Source: an uncultured Acidiferrobacterales bacterium (GTDB taxonomy: Bacteria; Pseudomonadota; Gammaproteobacteria; Acidiferrobacterales; UBA6901). Taken from it: 64,000 nt of DNA. How positions within the stretch are numbered: position 1 is the first letter of the stretch; every line of letters begins with the position of its first letter. The notes under the pieces are model-generated. The model ran no database searches, was not told the DNA's origin, and saw only the letters and a program-made list of their open reading frames with translations. This document shows, piece by piece, positions 56,368 to 64,000 of the stretch. Made by a program: the position numbers and the translations under genes. Where the stretch lies: the NCBI GenBank assembly GCA_964368085.1, contig CAYJBG010000001.1:23135-87134 (forward strand), given 5' to 3'.

Positions 56368-57075
56368 ATGGATCGACATCACATAGGCGATGAAAAACAC
56401 AAATTCTCGCCGCAAGTATTCTTGCTTAAGGTTTCGCGCCAGATGATGAAGAACAATAATTATCTGGTCGTCGATCCTGCCAGTCATCAAGCGGTGGTCG
56501 TGGATCCAGCCTGGCAGATAGAGAAAATCCAGTCCGCATTGGCGAGCACCCGGTCGACTTTGAGCGGCATCTTGATCACGCATACCCATTTCGATCACAT
56601 AGATTTGGCGAAACCGCTGGCGGATTTCTATAACTGCCCCATATGGATGTCCAAGCAGGAGATTGAGGCTTCTGGATTCGCCGCCAGACAGTTGATCGCG
56701 ATAGACGAAAACCCATGGTCCGTAGGGGAGATGTGGATACAGCCGATACTGACTCCGGGTCATACCCCCGGCTGCATCTGCTATCTGATCGGAGACAATT
56801 TGTTTACCGGCGATGTGTTATTCGCTGAAGGCTGTGGGATTTGCAATGATATCCAAGCCGCTTACGAGATGTTCGCGAGCCTCGAACGGCTGAAGTCCCA
56901 CTTGAAACCGCATACGTACATTTTTCCCGGTCACACCTACATGAGACCACCCGGTCAGAGATTCTCGGATGTGCTGGGTAACAACATATACCTTCATTTC
57001 GACGACAAGGAATCATTCGCCGCTTTCCGTTTGAGGAAGGGGCAGAGCGAACGCAAGTTACTGGATTTCCGTTAG
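56368..57075 (+). CDS. Metallo-beta-lactamase-fold hydrolase, glyoxalase-II (thiolesterase)-like
   Basis: ggag lies before ATG 56368. Motifs: ILITHTHFDHID (HxHxDH), LTPGHTPGCICY, FTGDVLFAEGCG, FPGHTY. The track start at 56221 overlaps the methyltransferase and was rejected. Confidence 0.8.
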   Translation: MDRHHIGDEKHKFSPQVFLLKVSRQMMKNNNYLVVDPASHQAVVVDPAWQIEKIQSALASTRSTLSGILITHTHFDHIDLAKPLADFYNCPIWMSKQEIEASGFAARQLIAIDENPWSVGEMWIQPILTPGHTPGCICYLIGDNLFTGDVLFAEGCGICNDIQAAYEMFASLERLKSHLKPHTYIFPGHTYMRPPGQRFSDVLGNNIYLHFDDKESFAAFRLRKGQSERKLLDFR

Positions 57076-57201
57076 CCGGGCGGCAGTGGCGAATGCCGGT
57101 AGTCTCCCGGATTTATATTCTTGAGTTATTGTCATTCGGTCGCCTACAGCAAGCACCGCTAGGGCGTCATTTGAATTTATCTGCATCACCGGAGGTAGCA
57201 C

Positions 57202-58461
57202 ATGAACATGGTTGGAATCGAAGCGATGAACCTCTTTGCCGGTACAGGCTTTGTGGATGTAACGAAGCTTGCTAGGCATCGAAAGCTGGACATGAGTCGG
57301 TTTGAAAATTTGATGATGAAGGAGAAAAGCGTCGCCTTGCCCTATGAGGATCCCATCACTTTTGCAGTCAATGCAGCGAAGCCAATTATTGATGCATTGA
57401 TTCCCGAAGAGAAAGACCGGATCGAGATGGTGATTACTTGCACGGAATCTGCGTTCGATTTCGGAAAATCCATGAGCACCTACTGTCACGATGTGCTCGG
57501 GCTGAATCGCAACTGCCGTCTGTTTGAGCTGAAGAACGCCTGTTACTCGGGCGTTGCTGGCCTACAGATGGCGATCAATTTCGTCTTGTCCCAAACATCG
57601 CCGGGCGGCAAGGCATTGGTCATCGCCACCGACGTTTCCCGTTTCATGGTCGAAGAAGGTGGTGACGCGCTTTCGGCCGACTGGTCCTTCGCCGAGCCGA
57701 GCGGTGGATCCGGGGCTGTTGCAATGTTGATCAGTAACAAGCCCTACGTGTTCCAGATCGATGTGGGCGCGAACGGTTATTACGGTTACGAAGTGATGGA
57801 CACCTGTCGGCCTTCTGCGGACACTGATGCGGGGGACACGGATTTGTCCTTGCTTTCGTATTTGAATTGCTGCGAGAACGCCTACCTCGAGTATCAGAAG
57901 CGCGTCGACGGCGCTCATTTCGGAGAAACCTTCGGTTACTTGGCCTATCACACGCCGTTCGGCGGAATGGTCAAGGGCGCTCACCGCAACATCATGCGCA
58001 AGTTTGTCAAAGCTAAACCGGCGGACATTGAAGATGATTTCCAGCGTCGTGTGACGCCCGGTCTCATCCATTGCCAGCGGGTAGGCAATATCATGGGCGC
58101 GACCGCCGCGCTCGCCCTTGCCAGCACCATCGATAACGGAGAATTCGAAACGCCTAAACGCGTCGGGGTCTTCTCCTACGGTTCGGGCTGTTGTTCGGAA
58201 TTCTTTAGCGGCGTTGTCAGAAAAGAAGGCCAGGAACGTCTGCGAGCGCTCAAGATCAAGGAAAGACTGGACTACAGGTATGAGCTGTCGATGGAGCAGT
58301 ACGACCGCCTGCTCGAGAAGAGTCGGGAACTGAAATTTGGTACGCGCAACATGGTTCCAGACATGGAATTTATCCCGAAGGCCAGAACGACCCTTAACCA
58401 ACCAACCTTGCTACTGAAACAGATCAAAGAGTTTCATCGAGAGTACGAATGGGTATGCTGA
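57202..58461 (+). CDS. HMG-CoA synthase-like beta-branching enzyme (HMGS; PksG/CurD/MupH type)
   Basis: ggagg lies before ATG 57202. Active-site motif ELKNACYSGVAG (Cys codon 57541), plus YHTPFGGMVKGAH and GNIMGA. 419 aa. Confidence 0.92.
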   Translation: MNMVGIEAMNLFAGTGFVDVTKLARHRKLDMSRFENLMMKEKSVALPYEDPITFAVNAAKPIIDALIPEEKDRIEMVITCTESAFDFGKSMSTYCHDVLGLNRNCRLFELKNACYSGVAGLQMAINFVLSQTSPGGKALVIATDVSRFMVEEGGDALSADWSFAEPSGGSGAVAMLISNKPYVFQIDVGANGYYGYEVMDTCRPSADTDAGDTDLSLLSYLNCCENAYLEYQKRVDGAHFGETFGYLAYHTPFGGMVKGAHRNIMRKFVKAKPADIEDDFQRRVTPGLIHCQRVGNIMGATAALALASTIDNGEFETPKRVGVFSYGSGCCSEFFSGVVRKEGQERLRALKIKERLDYRYELSMEQYDRLLEKSRELKFGTRNMVPDMEFIPKARTTLNQPTLLLKQIKEFHREYEWVC

Positions 58462-59234
58462 ATAGCGCCTACGAAACGATCCGAGTGAAGTTTGAAGACG
58501 ACATTTGTTTCGTTCAAATCCATCGACCGGAATTCAACAACGCGATCAACAATCGCCTAATCGAAGAGTTCGGCGACGCCCTTCATGTGTGTGAAGGGCC
58601 CGCGAAAGTCGTGGTGGTGGAGGGGCTACCGGACGTTTTTTGCTCCGGTGCGGATTTCAAAGAGATTCAAACGAGATTCGACGATGAAAGCCCAAGCCAG
58701 GAGCAGGATCCAGAACCACTGTACGACTTATGGCATCGGCTCGCTTCGGGACCCTATATCACCATCGCCCATGTACGGGGCAGGGCCAATGCCGGCGGCA
58801 TCGGCTTCGTAGCCGCGTGTGATATCGTTCTTAGCGAGAACAAGGCGGCATTCAGCTTGTCCGAACTGCTGTTCGGCTTGATGCCGGCATGTGTTCTGCC
58901 ATTCCTTATTCGTCGGATTGGATTCGCGAAGGCCAATTATATGACGCTGACGACTCAGCCGATTCCCGCGAGTCAAGCGCGGGAGTGGGGATTGGTCGAT
59001 GCCTGCGAAGATAACAGCGAGAATCTGTTACGCAAGCAACTGTTGAGGCTCAGGCGTCTCGGTCTGGACGGAATCGCGCGATACAAGCGCTATGCCAACA
59101 GTCTGGACGACGCGCTTAGTGCATCCAAGCTGAAAGCGCTTGAAGCTAACGTGGAAGTGTTTTCCGATCCGGACAATCTTCAGAAGATCGCCCGCTACGC
59201 AAGGACAGGAAAATTCCCCTGGGAGGCCGATTGA
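58449..59234 (+). CDS. Discrete enoyl-CoA hydratase-like ECH1 (dehydratase, PksH/CurE type)
   Basis: Crotonase fold with VVVVEGLPDVFCSGADF and HVRGRANAGGIGFVAACD. It overlaps the HMGS stop by 13 nt. Confidence 0.85.
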   Translation: MGMLNSAYETIRVKFEDDICFVQIHRPEFNNAINNRLIEEFGDALHVCEGPAKVVVVEGLPDVFCSGADFKEIQTRFDDESPSQEQDPEPLYDLWHRLASGPYITIAHVRGRANAGGIGFVAACDIVLSENKAAFSLSELLFGLMPACVLPFLIRRIGFAKANYMTLTTQPIPASQAREWGLVDACEDNSENLLRKQLLRLRRLGLDGIARYKRYANSLDDALSASKLKALEANVEVFSDPDNLQKIARYARTGKFPWEAD

Positions 59235-59983
59235 TGTCAGACCAGATCATCGAAACCAAGGGGCTGGGCTCCGGGATCGTCCAAGTGAAGATGCAGGATC
59301 GTGTCAATAAGAACGCGTTCACCAACGAACTGATTGATGGTCTGACCGAGGCGTTCGAGGACATCAAGGCCCGCACCGACTATAAAGTCGTGATCCTGAC
59401 GGGCTACGATAATTATTTCTCCAGCGGTGGCACGCAGGAAGGACTGCGCGATCTATTCGAGGGGAAGATCAAGTTTACGGACAAAGACCTGTACAGCCTA
59501 GCGCTGAACTGCCCGATTCCTGTGATCGCGGCCATGCAGGGCCATGGTATCGGCGGCGGCTTCGTCATGGGGATGTTCGCCGATTTCGTGATTCTGGCGA
59601 GGCAAAGTATCTACACGACCAACTTCATGAAGTATGGCTTCACGCCAGGCATGGGGTCGACCTTTATCCTGCCAAAAAAGCTGGGGTTCAGTCTGGCCGA
59701 GGAGATGATGCTGACCGCGTCGACCTATCGCGGAGAAGAGCTTCAAAATCGTGGCGTTCCTTTCCCCGTTATTCCTCGAGAAAATGTGCTAGAGCACGCC
59801 TTCGAGCTGGCCAAGAGCCTAGCTGAAAAACCTAGGGTGTCGCTGGTCACGCTGAAAGATCATCTGGTCACGCCGCTTAGGGAGCAACTACCAAAGTTTA
59901 TCGAGCAAGAGATCGCCATGCACGAGCTCACGTTCCACCAGCTGGAGGTCAAGGATCGCATTGAGGCCTTCTTCGGAAAGTGA
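59234..59983 (+). CDS. Discrete enoyl-CoA hydratase-like ECH2 (decarboxylase, PksI/CurF-ECH2 type)
   Basis: The ATG overlaps the ECH1 stop (TGATG). Motifs: VVILTGYDNYFSSGGT, AAMQGHGIGGGF, EIAMHELTF. Confidence 0.88.
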   Translation: MSDQIIETKGLGSGIVQVKMQDRVNKNAFTNELIDGLTEAFEDIKARTDYKVVILTGYDNYFSSGGTQEGLRDLFEGKIKFTDKDLYSLALNCPIPVIAAMQGHGIGGGFVMGMFADFVILARQSIYTTNFMKYGFTPGMGSTFILPKKLGFSLAEEMMLTASTYRGEELQNRGVPFPVIPRENVLEHAFELAKSLAEKPRVSLVTLKDHLVTPLREQLPKFIEQEIAMHELTFHQLEVKDRIEAFFGK

Positions 59984-60020
59984 TTCATCAGATGTTCATA
60001 TCTGTTAGGAGAAAATTACT

Positions 60021-60260
60021 ATGAGTAAAGAGAAAATCTTTGAGATCATCGTTCGCCATACCCGTGAGGTGGTTCCGAGATTGGAAGATCATCAGTTTCA
60101 GCCGAGCGATTCACTGAGGGCGCTGGGCGCCAATTCGGTCGACCGTGCCGACATCATCATGATGACTTTGGAGTCCTTGGCTCTGAACATTCCTTTGATT
60201 GAAATAGCCAAAGCCGACAACATCGGGGAATTGGCCGGTATTTTCCATGAGAAGTCCTAG
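60021..60260 (+). CDS. Discrete donor ACP of the HMGS cassette (AcpK/MacpC type)
   Basis: 79-aa acidic protein with LRALGANSVDRADIIMM (Ser attachment site). ggag lies upstream. It sits between ECH2 and the decarboxylating KS. Confidence 0.8.
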   Translation: MSKEKIFEIIVRHTREVVPRLEDHQFQPSDSLRALGANSVDRADIIMMTLESLALNIPLIEIAKADNIGELAGIFHEKS

Positions 60261-61515
60261 TTGCTTCGACATCGTGATCACTGGTGTCGGCGTCACCTCG
60301 GCCATCGGTCAGGGAAAGGCAGAATTTCTCCCGGCGTTATTAGAGGGTCGGCATCGTTTCGATGCGATGCGTCGCCCTGGCCGGCAACTCCCTGCCTTAT
60401 CGCGCGATGAAATGCCGGAAGCGGGACAGGCCTTTGGCTTCATAGGCGCCGAGATTCCTGCGTTGCCAATACCGGAGTCGATTCCCAGGAGCTTGCTGCG
60501 GACGGCGTCGTTTTCAGGCCAGGTTGCCCTTGCAACCTTGCACGAGGCTTGCGAAGACGCGAGGTTGGATAAGGTCGCGCCTGAGCGCATCGGCTTGGTT
60601 GTCGGCGGCTCCAACGTCCAGCAAAGGGAGTTGATACAGGTCCACGACGCCTATCGGGGCCGTGAGCAATTCCTGCGTCCAACGTACGGAATGTCCTTTA
60701 TGGACAGCGACCTGTGCGGGCTGTGTACGGAGGCGTTCGGCATACGGGGATTCGCCTACACGGTCGGTGGGGCTTCCGCCAGCGGGCAAGTCGCCGTTCT
60801 TGAGGCCATCCATGCAGTCGAATCCGGGAGAGTGGAGGTTTGTATCGCGATGGGTGCGCTCATGGATATCTCCTACTGGGAGTGCCAAGGATTGCGCTCT
60901 CTGGGCGCCATGGGATCGGACCGTTACGCCAATGAACCCGCGTTAGCGAGCCGCCCTTTTGACCGTGATCGCGATGGGTTCATTTTTGGCGAGTCGTGCG
61001 GCGTCGTGGTGATAGAACGACTGGAGTCTGCGCAAAGATTGGAGCGACCGCCGTATGCTCGCTTGTCCGGCTGGGCGATGGGCATGGATGCAAACAGGAA
61101 TCCCAATCCTTCTATCGGGGGCGAGGTCGCCGCGATCAAGGCGGCTCTGGAACGCGCTGGGCTTTCGTCGATGGACATCGACTACATCAACCCTCATGGC
61201 ACAGGCTCGACGATCGGAGATGTTACGGAACTCGAAAGCATTCGTCAGTGCGGACTTGGTCACGCCTATCTCAACGCGACGAAATCTATTATCGGGCACG
61301 GCCTCAGCGCTGCAGGTGTCGTCGAGATGATCGCAATCCTGCTTCAAATGAAAGAGGGCAGACTACACCCGACGAGGAACCTGGAGAACCCTATCGACTC
61401 TTCGTTCAAGTGGGTTGGGCGCCAGGCGGTCTCTCACACGATAGAAAACGCGCTTAACCTCAGCATGGGGTTCGGCGGGGTCAATACTGCGGTTTGTATA
61501 CAAAAGTATTCTTGA
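60247..61515 (+). CDS. Non-elongating decarboxylating ketosynthase (KS-DC; PksF/MupG/CurC type)
   Basis: Discrete (FabF-type) KS fold in which the active-site Cys is replaced by Ser (VGGASASG, Ser codon 60775). Both His residues are retained (NPHGTGS; KSIIGHGLSAAG). It overlaps the ACP by 14 nt. Confidence 0.88.
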   Translation: MRSPSCFDIVITGVGVTSAIGQGKAEFLPALLEGRHRFDAMRRPGRQLPALSRDEMPEAGQAFGFIGAEIPALPIPESIPRSLLRTASFSGQVALATLHEACEDARLDKVAPERIGLVVGGSNVQQRELIQVHDAYRGREQFLRPTYGMSFMDSDLCGLCTEAFGIRGFAYTVGGASASGQVAVLEAIHAVESGRVEVCIAMGALMDISYWECQGLRSLGAMGSDRYANEPALASRPFDRDRDGFIFGESCGVVVIERLESAQRLERPPYARLSGWAMGMDANRNPNPSIGGEVAAIKAALERAGLSSMDIDYINPHGTGSTIGDVTELESIRQCGLGHAYLNATKSIIGHGLSAAGVVEMIAILLQMKEGRLHPTRNLENPIDSSFKWVGRQAVSHTIENALNLSMGFGGVNTAVCIQKYS

Positions 61516-61652
61516 TCTCGTTGACCGTGCTGACGCACGACGCGAATCAGGAAGGTGTCAACTAGATGCGACGCGGTTCCGTCCCCGGATGGTTTGGCGG
61601 TCGCGCGCGTTATGTCCCTGTGTTGCGGAAGCGCGTTTTCTCGGTTTACCTA

Positions 61653-61674
61653 AATCTCAATTCAATCTCAATTC
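61653..61674 (+). repeat. Perfect tandem 11-mer (AATCTCAATTC x2) upstream of the AT RBS
   Basis: aatctcaattc at 61653-61663 is repeated exactly at 61664-61674, 6 nt before ggagg and 17 nt before ATG 61691. Confidence 0.8.
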
Positions 61675-61690
61675 CAATGGAGGTACACTC

Positions 61691-62842
61691 ATGAAGGCGT
61701 ATATGTTCCCCGGCCAGGGTTCACAGTTCAAAGGTATGGGCGGTGACCTGTTCGACCGCTTCAAAGAATTGACCAAGAAGGCCAACAGTATCCTGGGCTA
61801 CTCCATCAAGCAGCTTTGTGTGGAAGACCCGAGGAACGAACTCAGCAAGACCCAGTTCACCCAGCCTGCTCTTTACGTCGTGAACGCCTTGTCATATTTA
61901 AAGAAGATCGAAGAAACCGGGCAGACTCCGGACTTCGTGATTGGACACAGCCTGGGCGAGTTCAATGCTCTTCTGGCGGCTGAATGCTTCGATTTCGAAA
62001 CCGGTTTGAAGTTGGTCCAGAAGCGTGGCGAACTGATGCGTCAGGTGTCCAATGGGGGAATGGCGGCTGTACTGAATGCCACGAAAGATGAAATCGAAGA
62101 AGTACTAAAGGAAAACGGGTTGGCCAACGTCTACTTGGCCAATTACAACACGCCATCACAGATTGTGCTCTCGGGCCCGGCGGACGAGATCGCCAAAGCG
62201 GAGAAATTCTTCCAGGAGGGAAAGAGACGTTATTACCCGCTCGCCACGAGCGGCGCGTTCCACTCCGCCTTCATGCAAGAGGCGATGGAGAAGTTCAGAG
62301 AGTACCTCAAGGGATTCGATTTTGCTGATCAGAAAATTCCGGTCATTGCCAACGTTACCGCAAGGCCCTATCAGAACAACGCCGTTTTGGAGACGTTGTC
62401 GAGCCAGATAGCGAGTACAGTCCGATGGTCCGAGAGCATCCAGTACCTGTTGGCGCTCGGCGTCAGCCACGGCGAGGCGGTGGAGTTTGAGGAGTTTGGC
62501 CCTGGGGATGTTCTGACGAAACTGGTCTACACGATTAAGGTGCAGACTCCGGAATCTGTACTTCATCAGATTATCAAGGAAGAACAGCCGGATGAAAAGG
62601 TCGCGCATGAGGTTGGGAATAAGGTCGAGAACGACGTGCCAGGCAAACTCACCGACGCCGAAGAGAGGGTGATCGCCTGGAACAAGATGTATCCGATTGG
62701 GAAGAAAGTTAGATCTACGATCGCGGATTACGATGATCTTGAAACTAGGACCGAGGCCGTCTTACTGTTCGGGCACAGGGCCGCAGTTTATGTGAAGGGA
62801 TACAATGGCTACTTCGATTTGAACGAGTTAACACCGGTCTGA
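61691..62842 (+). CDS. Discrete trans-acting acyltransferase (malonyl-CoA:ACP transacylase type) with ~95-aa C-terminal extension
   Basis: ggagg lies before ATG 61691. Motifs: FPGQGSQ, GHSLGEF (Ser codon 61949), TSGAFHS (malonyl-type). The AT fold ends near GPGDVLTKLV (~62540). The remainder has no motif I recognise. The track start at 61589 was rejected. Confidence 0.9.
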   Translation: MKAYMFPGQGSQFKGMGGDLFDRFKELTKKANSILGYSIKQLCVEDPRNELSKTQFTQPALYVVNALSYLKKIEETGQTPDFVIGHSLGEFNALLAAECFDFETGLKLVQKRGELMRQVSNGGMAAVLNATKDEIEEVLKENGLANVYLANYNTPSQIVLSGPADEIAKAEKFFQEGKRRYYPLATSGAFHSAFMQEAMEKFREYLKGFDFADQKIPVIANVTARPYQNNAVLETLSSQIASTVRWSESIQYLLALGVSHGEAVEFEEFGPGDVLTKLVYTIKVQTPESVLHQIIKEEQPDEKVAHEVGNKVENDVPGKLTDAEERVIAWNKMYPIGKKVRSTIADYDDLETRTEAVLLFGHRAAVYVKGYNGYFDLNELTPV

Positions 62843-62917
62843 GATCCGAATCTTCCACGTTCCGTCTCCACAGGTTTGCAACGTCAGAAACGTGTAACTC
62901 ATTGAACGGGTGATAAA

Positions 62918-63211
62918 ATGAAAAGCGCCCATTACTATATCTTTGGAGTAGGGTCAGGCCCTGATGACCTTCACTATATAGGGTGGACGCAAAAGTCCCT
63001 CAGTGAAGAGAAAGAGCAAATCTTTTCCAACTTGGCAGATAGTAGCAGTCATGACATTGCACGCTGGGTTAAAGAGGCACTTTATTGCGACAAGATAAGT
63101 ATTTTCGAAATTGAAACGGCACCGTCAATGGAAGATGCTAAAGACTCTGTCATGTTTTGGTGCCAGTACTATCATTCACTCGGGCTAGATGTGGTCGCGG
63201 TCCACTGTTGA
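62918..63211 (+). CDS. Small hypothetical protein, weak GIY-YIG-like N-terminus
   Basis: 97-aa ORF in a low-GC segment. YYIFGVGSGPDDLHYIGWT fits the GIY-(x10-11)-YIG spacing. The downstream catalytic Arg/Glu positions are not convincing. Confidence 0.3.
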   Translation: MKSAHYYIFGVGSGPDDLHYIGWTQKSLSEEKEQIFSNLADSSSHDIARWVKEALYCDKISIFEIETAPSMEDAKDSVMFWCQYYHSLGLDVVAVHC

Positions 63212-63228
63212 AGATATCTTTGTGATGA

Positions 63229-64000
63229 ATGTCTTCAATCAATAAGAACCGTACTGTCAATGAAGTTTCGGCCGAGCCGAATGTTCCGATCAAAGTCGCG
63301 AGCGAGCTGCCTCCCCCGGCGGTCATCGATGGCATCCAGTCGGACGCCCTCAATGCGGCGACCAATGTCGCAACACGTGAACCGGTTGCTGCAGCCACTT
63401 ATGCAAAAGCTGGTGTTCGAGAGGTCGTCGCTGGTTGTTGCGATCGCCGCGGTTCTATCCGACCGGTTGGCTTCGGCGGACATATGACAGCCCTCACTGC
63501 ATGCGTTCAAAGGCGGTGATCCCGCTTGCCTGAACCGTTCACATAGACTGCTCAACATGAAGGATCTTCACGCGCTGCAAATTTACCGGATCGAGCAATC
63601 GTTGTGGCAGCGGGACCGCAAGGGACTTGATCTTGCTCTGTCGAACAAGGGAACGGTCGCTTTCTGTATCGACGTTCATCCTGTTGCCCGCATCGGCGCA
63701 CGTGTGATGCTCGATCACGTCAGCGGAATTGCGAACGGCAAAACAGCGATCGTCGACGACAACGTCTCCATTCTCCAAGACGTTACTTCGGGAAGGACAG
63801 GAAACGAACGGGGCAATCGCCACCCGAAAGTCCGCTGCGGCGCCATGACCGTTGCCAGCAAATATATACTCGGCAAGGTCGAGATCGGCGAGATGAGAAA
63901 AATCGCTGCAGGAAATGTTGTTCCAGAGGCAGTGCCGATACGTTGCACCGTCGACGGCGTGCCTGCAAGGATTGTTCAGCAGCATCAGCATAGCTGTTTG
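63229..64000 (+). pseudogene. cysE: Serine O-acetyltransferase (cysE) pseudogene, runs off window
   Basis: From 63557, frame 2 (absent from the track, which lists only ORFs that end in a stop codon, and this frame has none before the window end) reads MKDLHALQIYRIEQSLWQRDRKGLDLALSNKGTVAFCIDVHPVARIGARVMLDH...NVSILQDVTSGRTGNERGNRHPKVR...DGVPARIV. This is colinear with E. coli CysE LKGFHALQAYRIGHWLW...VDIHPAAKIGRGIMLDH...DRHPKI...GVPARIV. N-terminal homology is split between frame 1 (REPVAAATY) and frame 2 (LMQKLVFERSSLVVAIAAVLSDRLAS). An in-frame TGA lies at 63485-63487. Conserved hexapeptide Gly residues are substituted. Confidence 0.6.

Noticed and set aside
57076-57201. Possible promoter or hairpin between the MBL hydrolase and the HMGS
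   Set aside because: A CCGGG...CCCGG pairing and TTGAGT/TACAGC-like hexamers are present, but spacing and matches are poor. This cannot be supported without transcript data.
62843-62917. Possible terminator after the AT gene
   Set aside because: There is only a 6-bp inverted repeat (CACGTT...AACGTG) with a long loop and no U-tract. This is too weak to call.
63539-63991. 150-aa minus-strand ORF
   Set aside because: It lies opposite the plus-strand frame, which aligns colinearly with CysE. The minus translation has no recognisable features.
1-64000. rRNA, tRNA, CRISPR arrays, integrase or att sites, cluster-situated regulators, PPTase
   Set aside because: I recognised no sequence with these features anywhere in the window. 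This is absence by manual inspection only.

Overview
The window is dominated by a ~56-kb trans-AT type I polyketide synthase cluster, all on the + strand (about 6.7-62.8 kb). In gene order it contains: a starter cassette (ANL ligase, SDR, ACP); three AT-less megasynthase genes of 5747, 5160 and ~4614 aa (10 KS domains, all with intact Cys/His/His motifs); an ICMT/PEMT-family membrane methyltransferase; a glyoxalase-II-like MBL hydrolase; a complete HMG-CoA-synthase beta-branching cassette (HMGS, ECH1, ECH2, donor ACP, Cys-to-Ser KS); and one discrete malonyl-type AT. Several things look unusual. Two modules each carry three consecutive in-line crotonase-fold domains, inside a ~7-kb duplicated module block. 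A third beta-branching module is followed by an orphan DH-like double-hotdog domain placed after its ACPs. Four DH-like domains have substituted catalytic residues. The last PKS ends at KS-DH with no ACP or TE. The left flank (1-6.3 kb, lower GC) encodes an RND exporter, a LolA-like protein, an outer-membrane barrel, a GMC oxidoreductase and a START-domain protein. A frameshifted IS3-family orfA relic abuts the first cluster gene. The right flank holds a small GIY-YIG-like ORF and a decayed cysE pseudogene that runs off the window. I saw no rRNA, tRNA or CRISPR. I cannot match the domain string to a characterised pathway from memory, and that needs a database search. All domain coordinates are approximate and were derived by hand from motifs.
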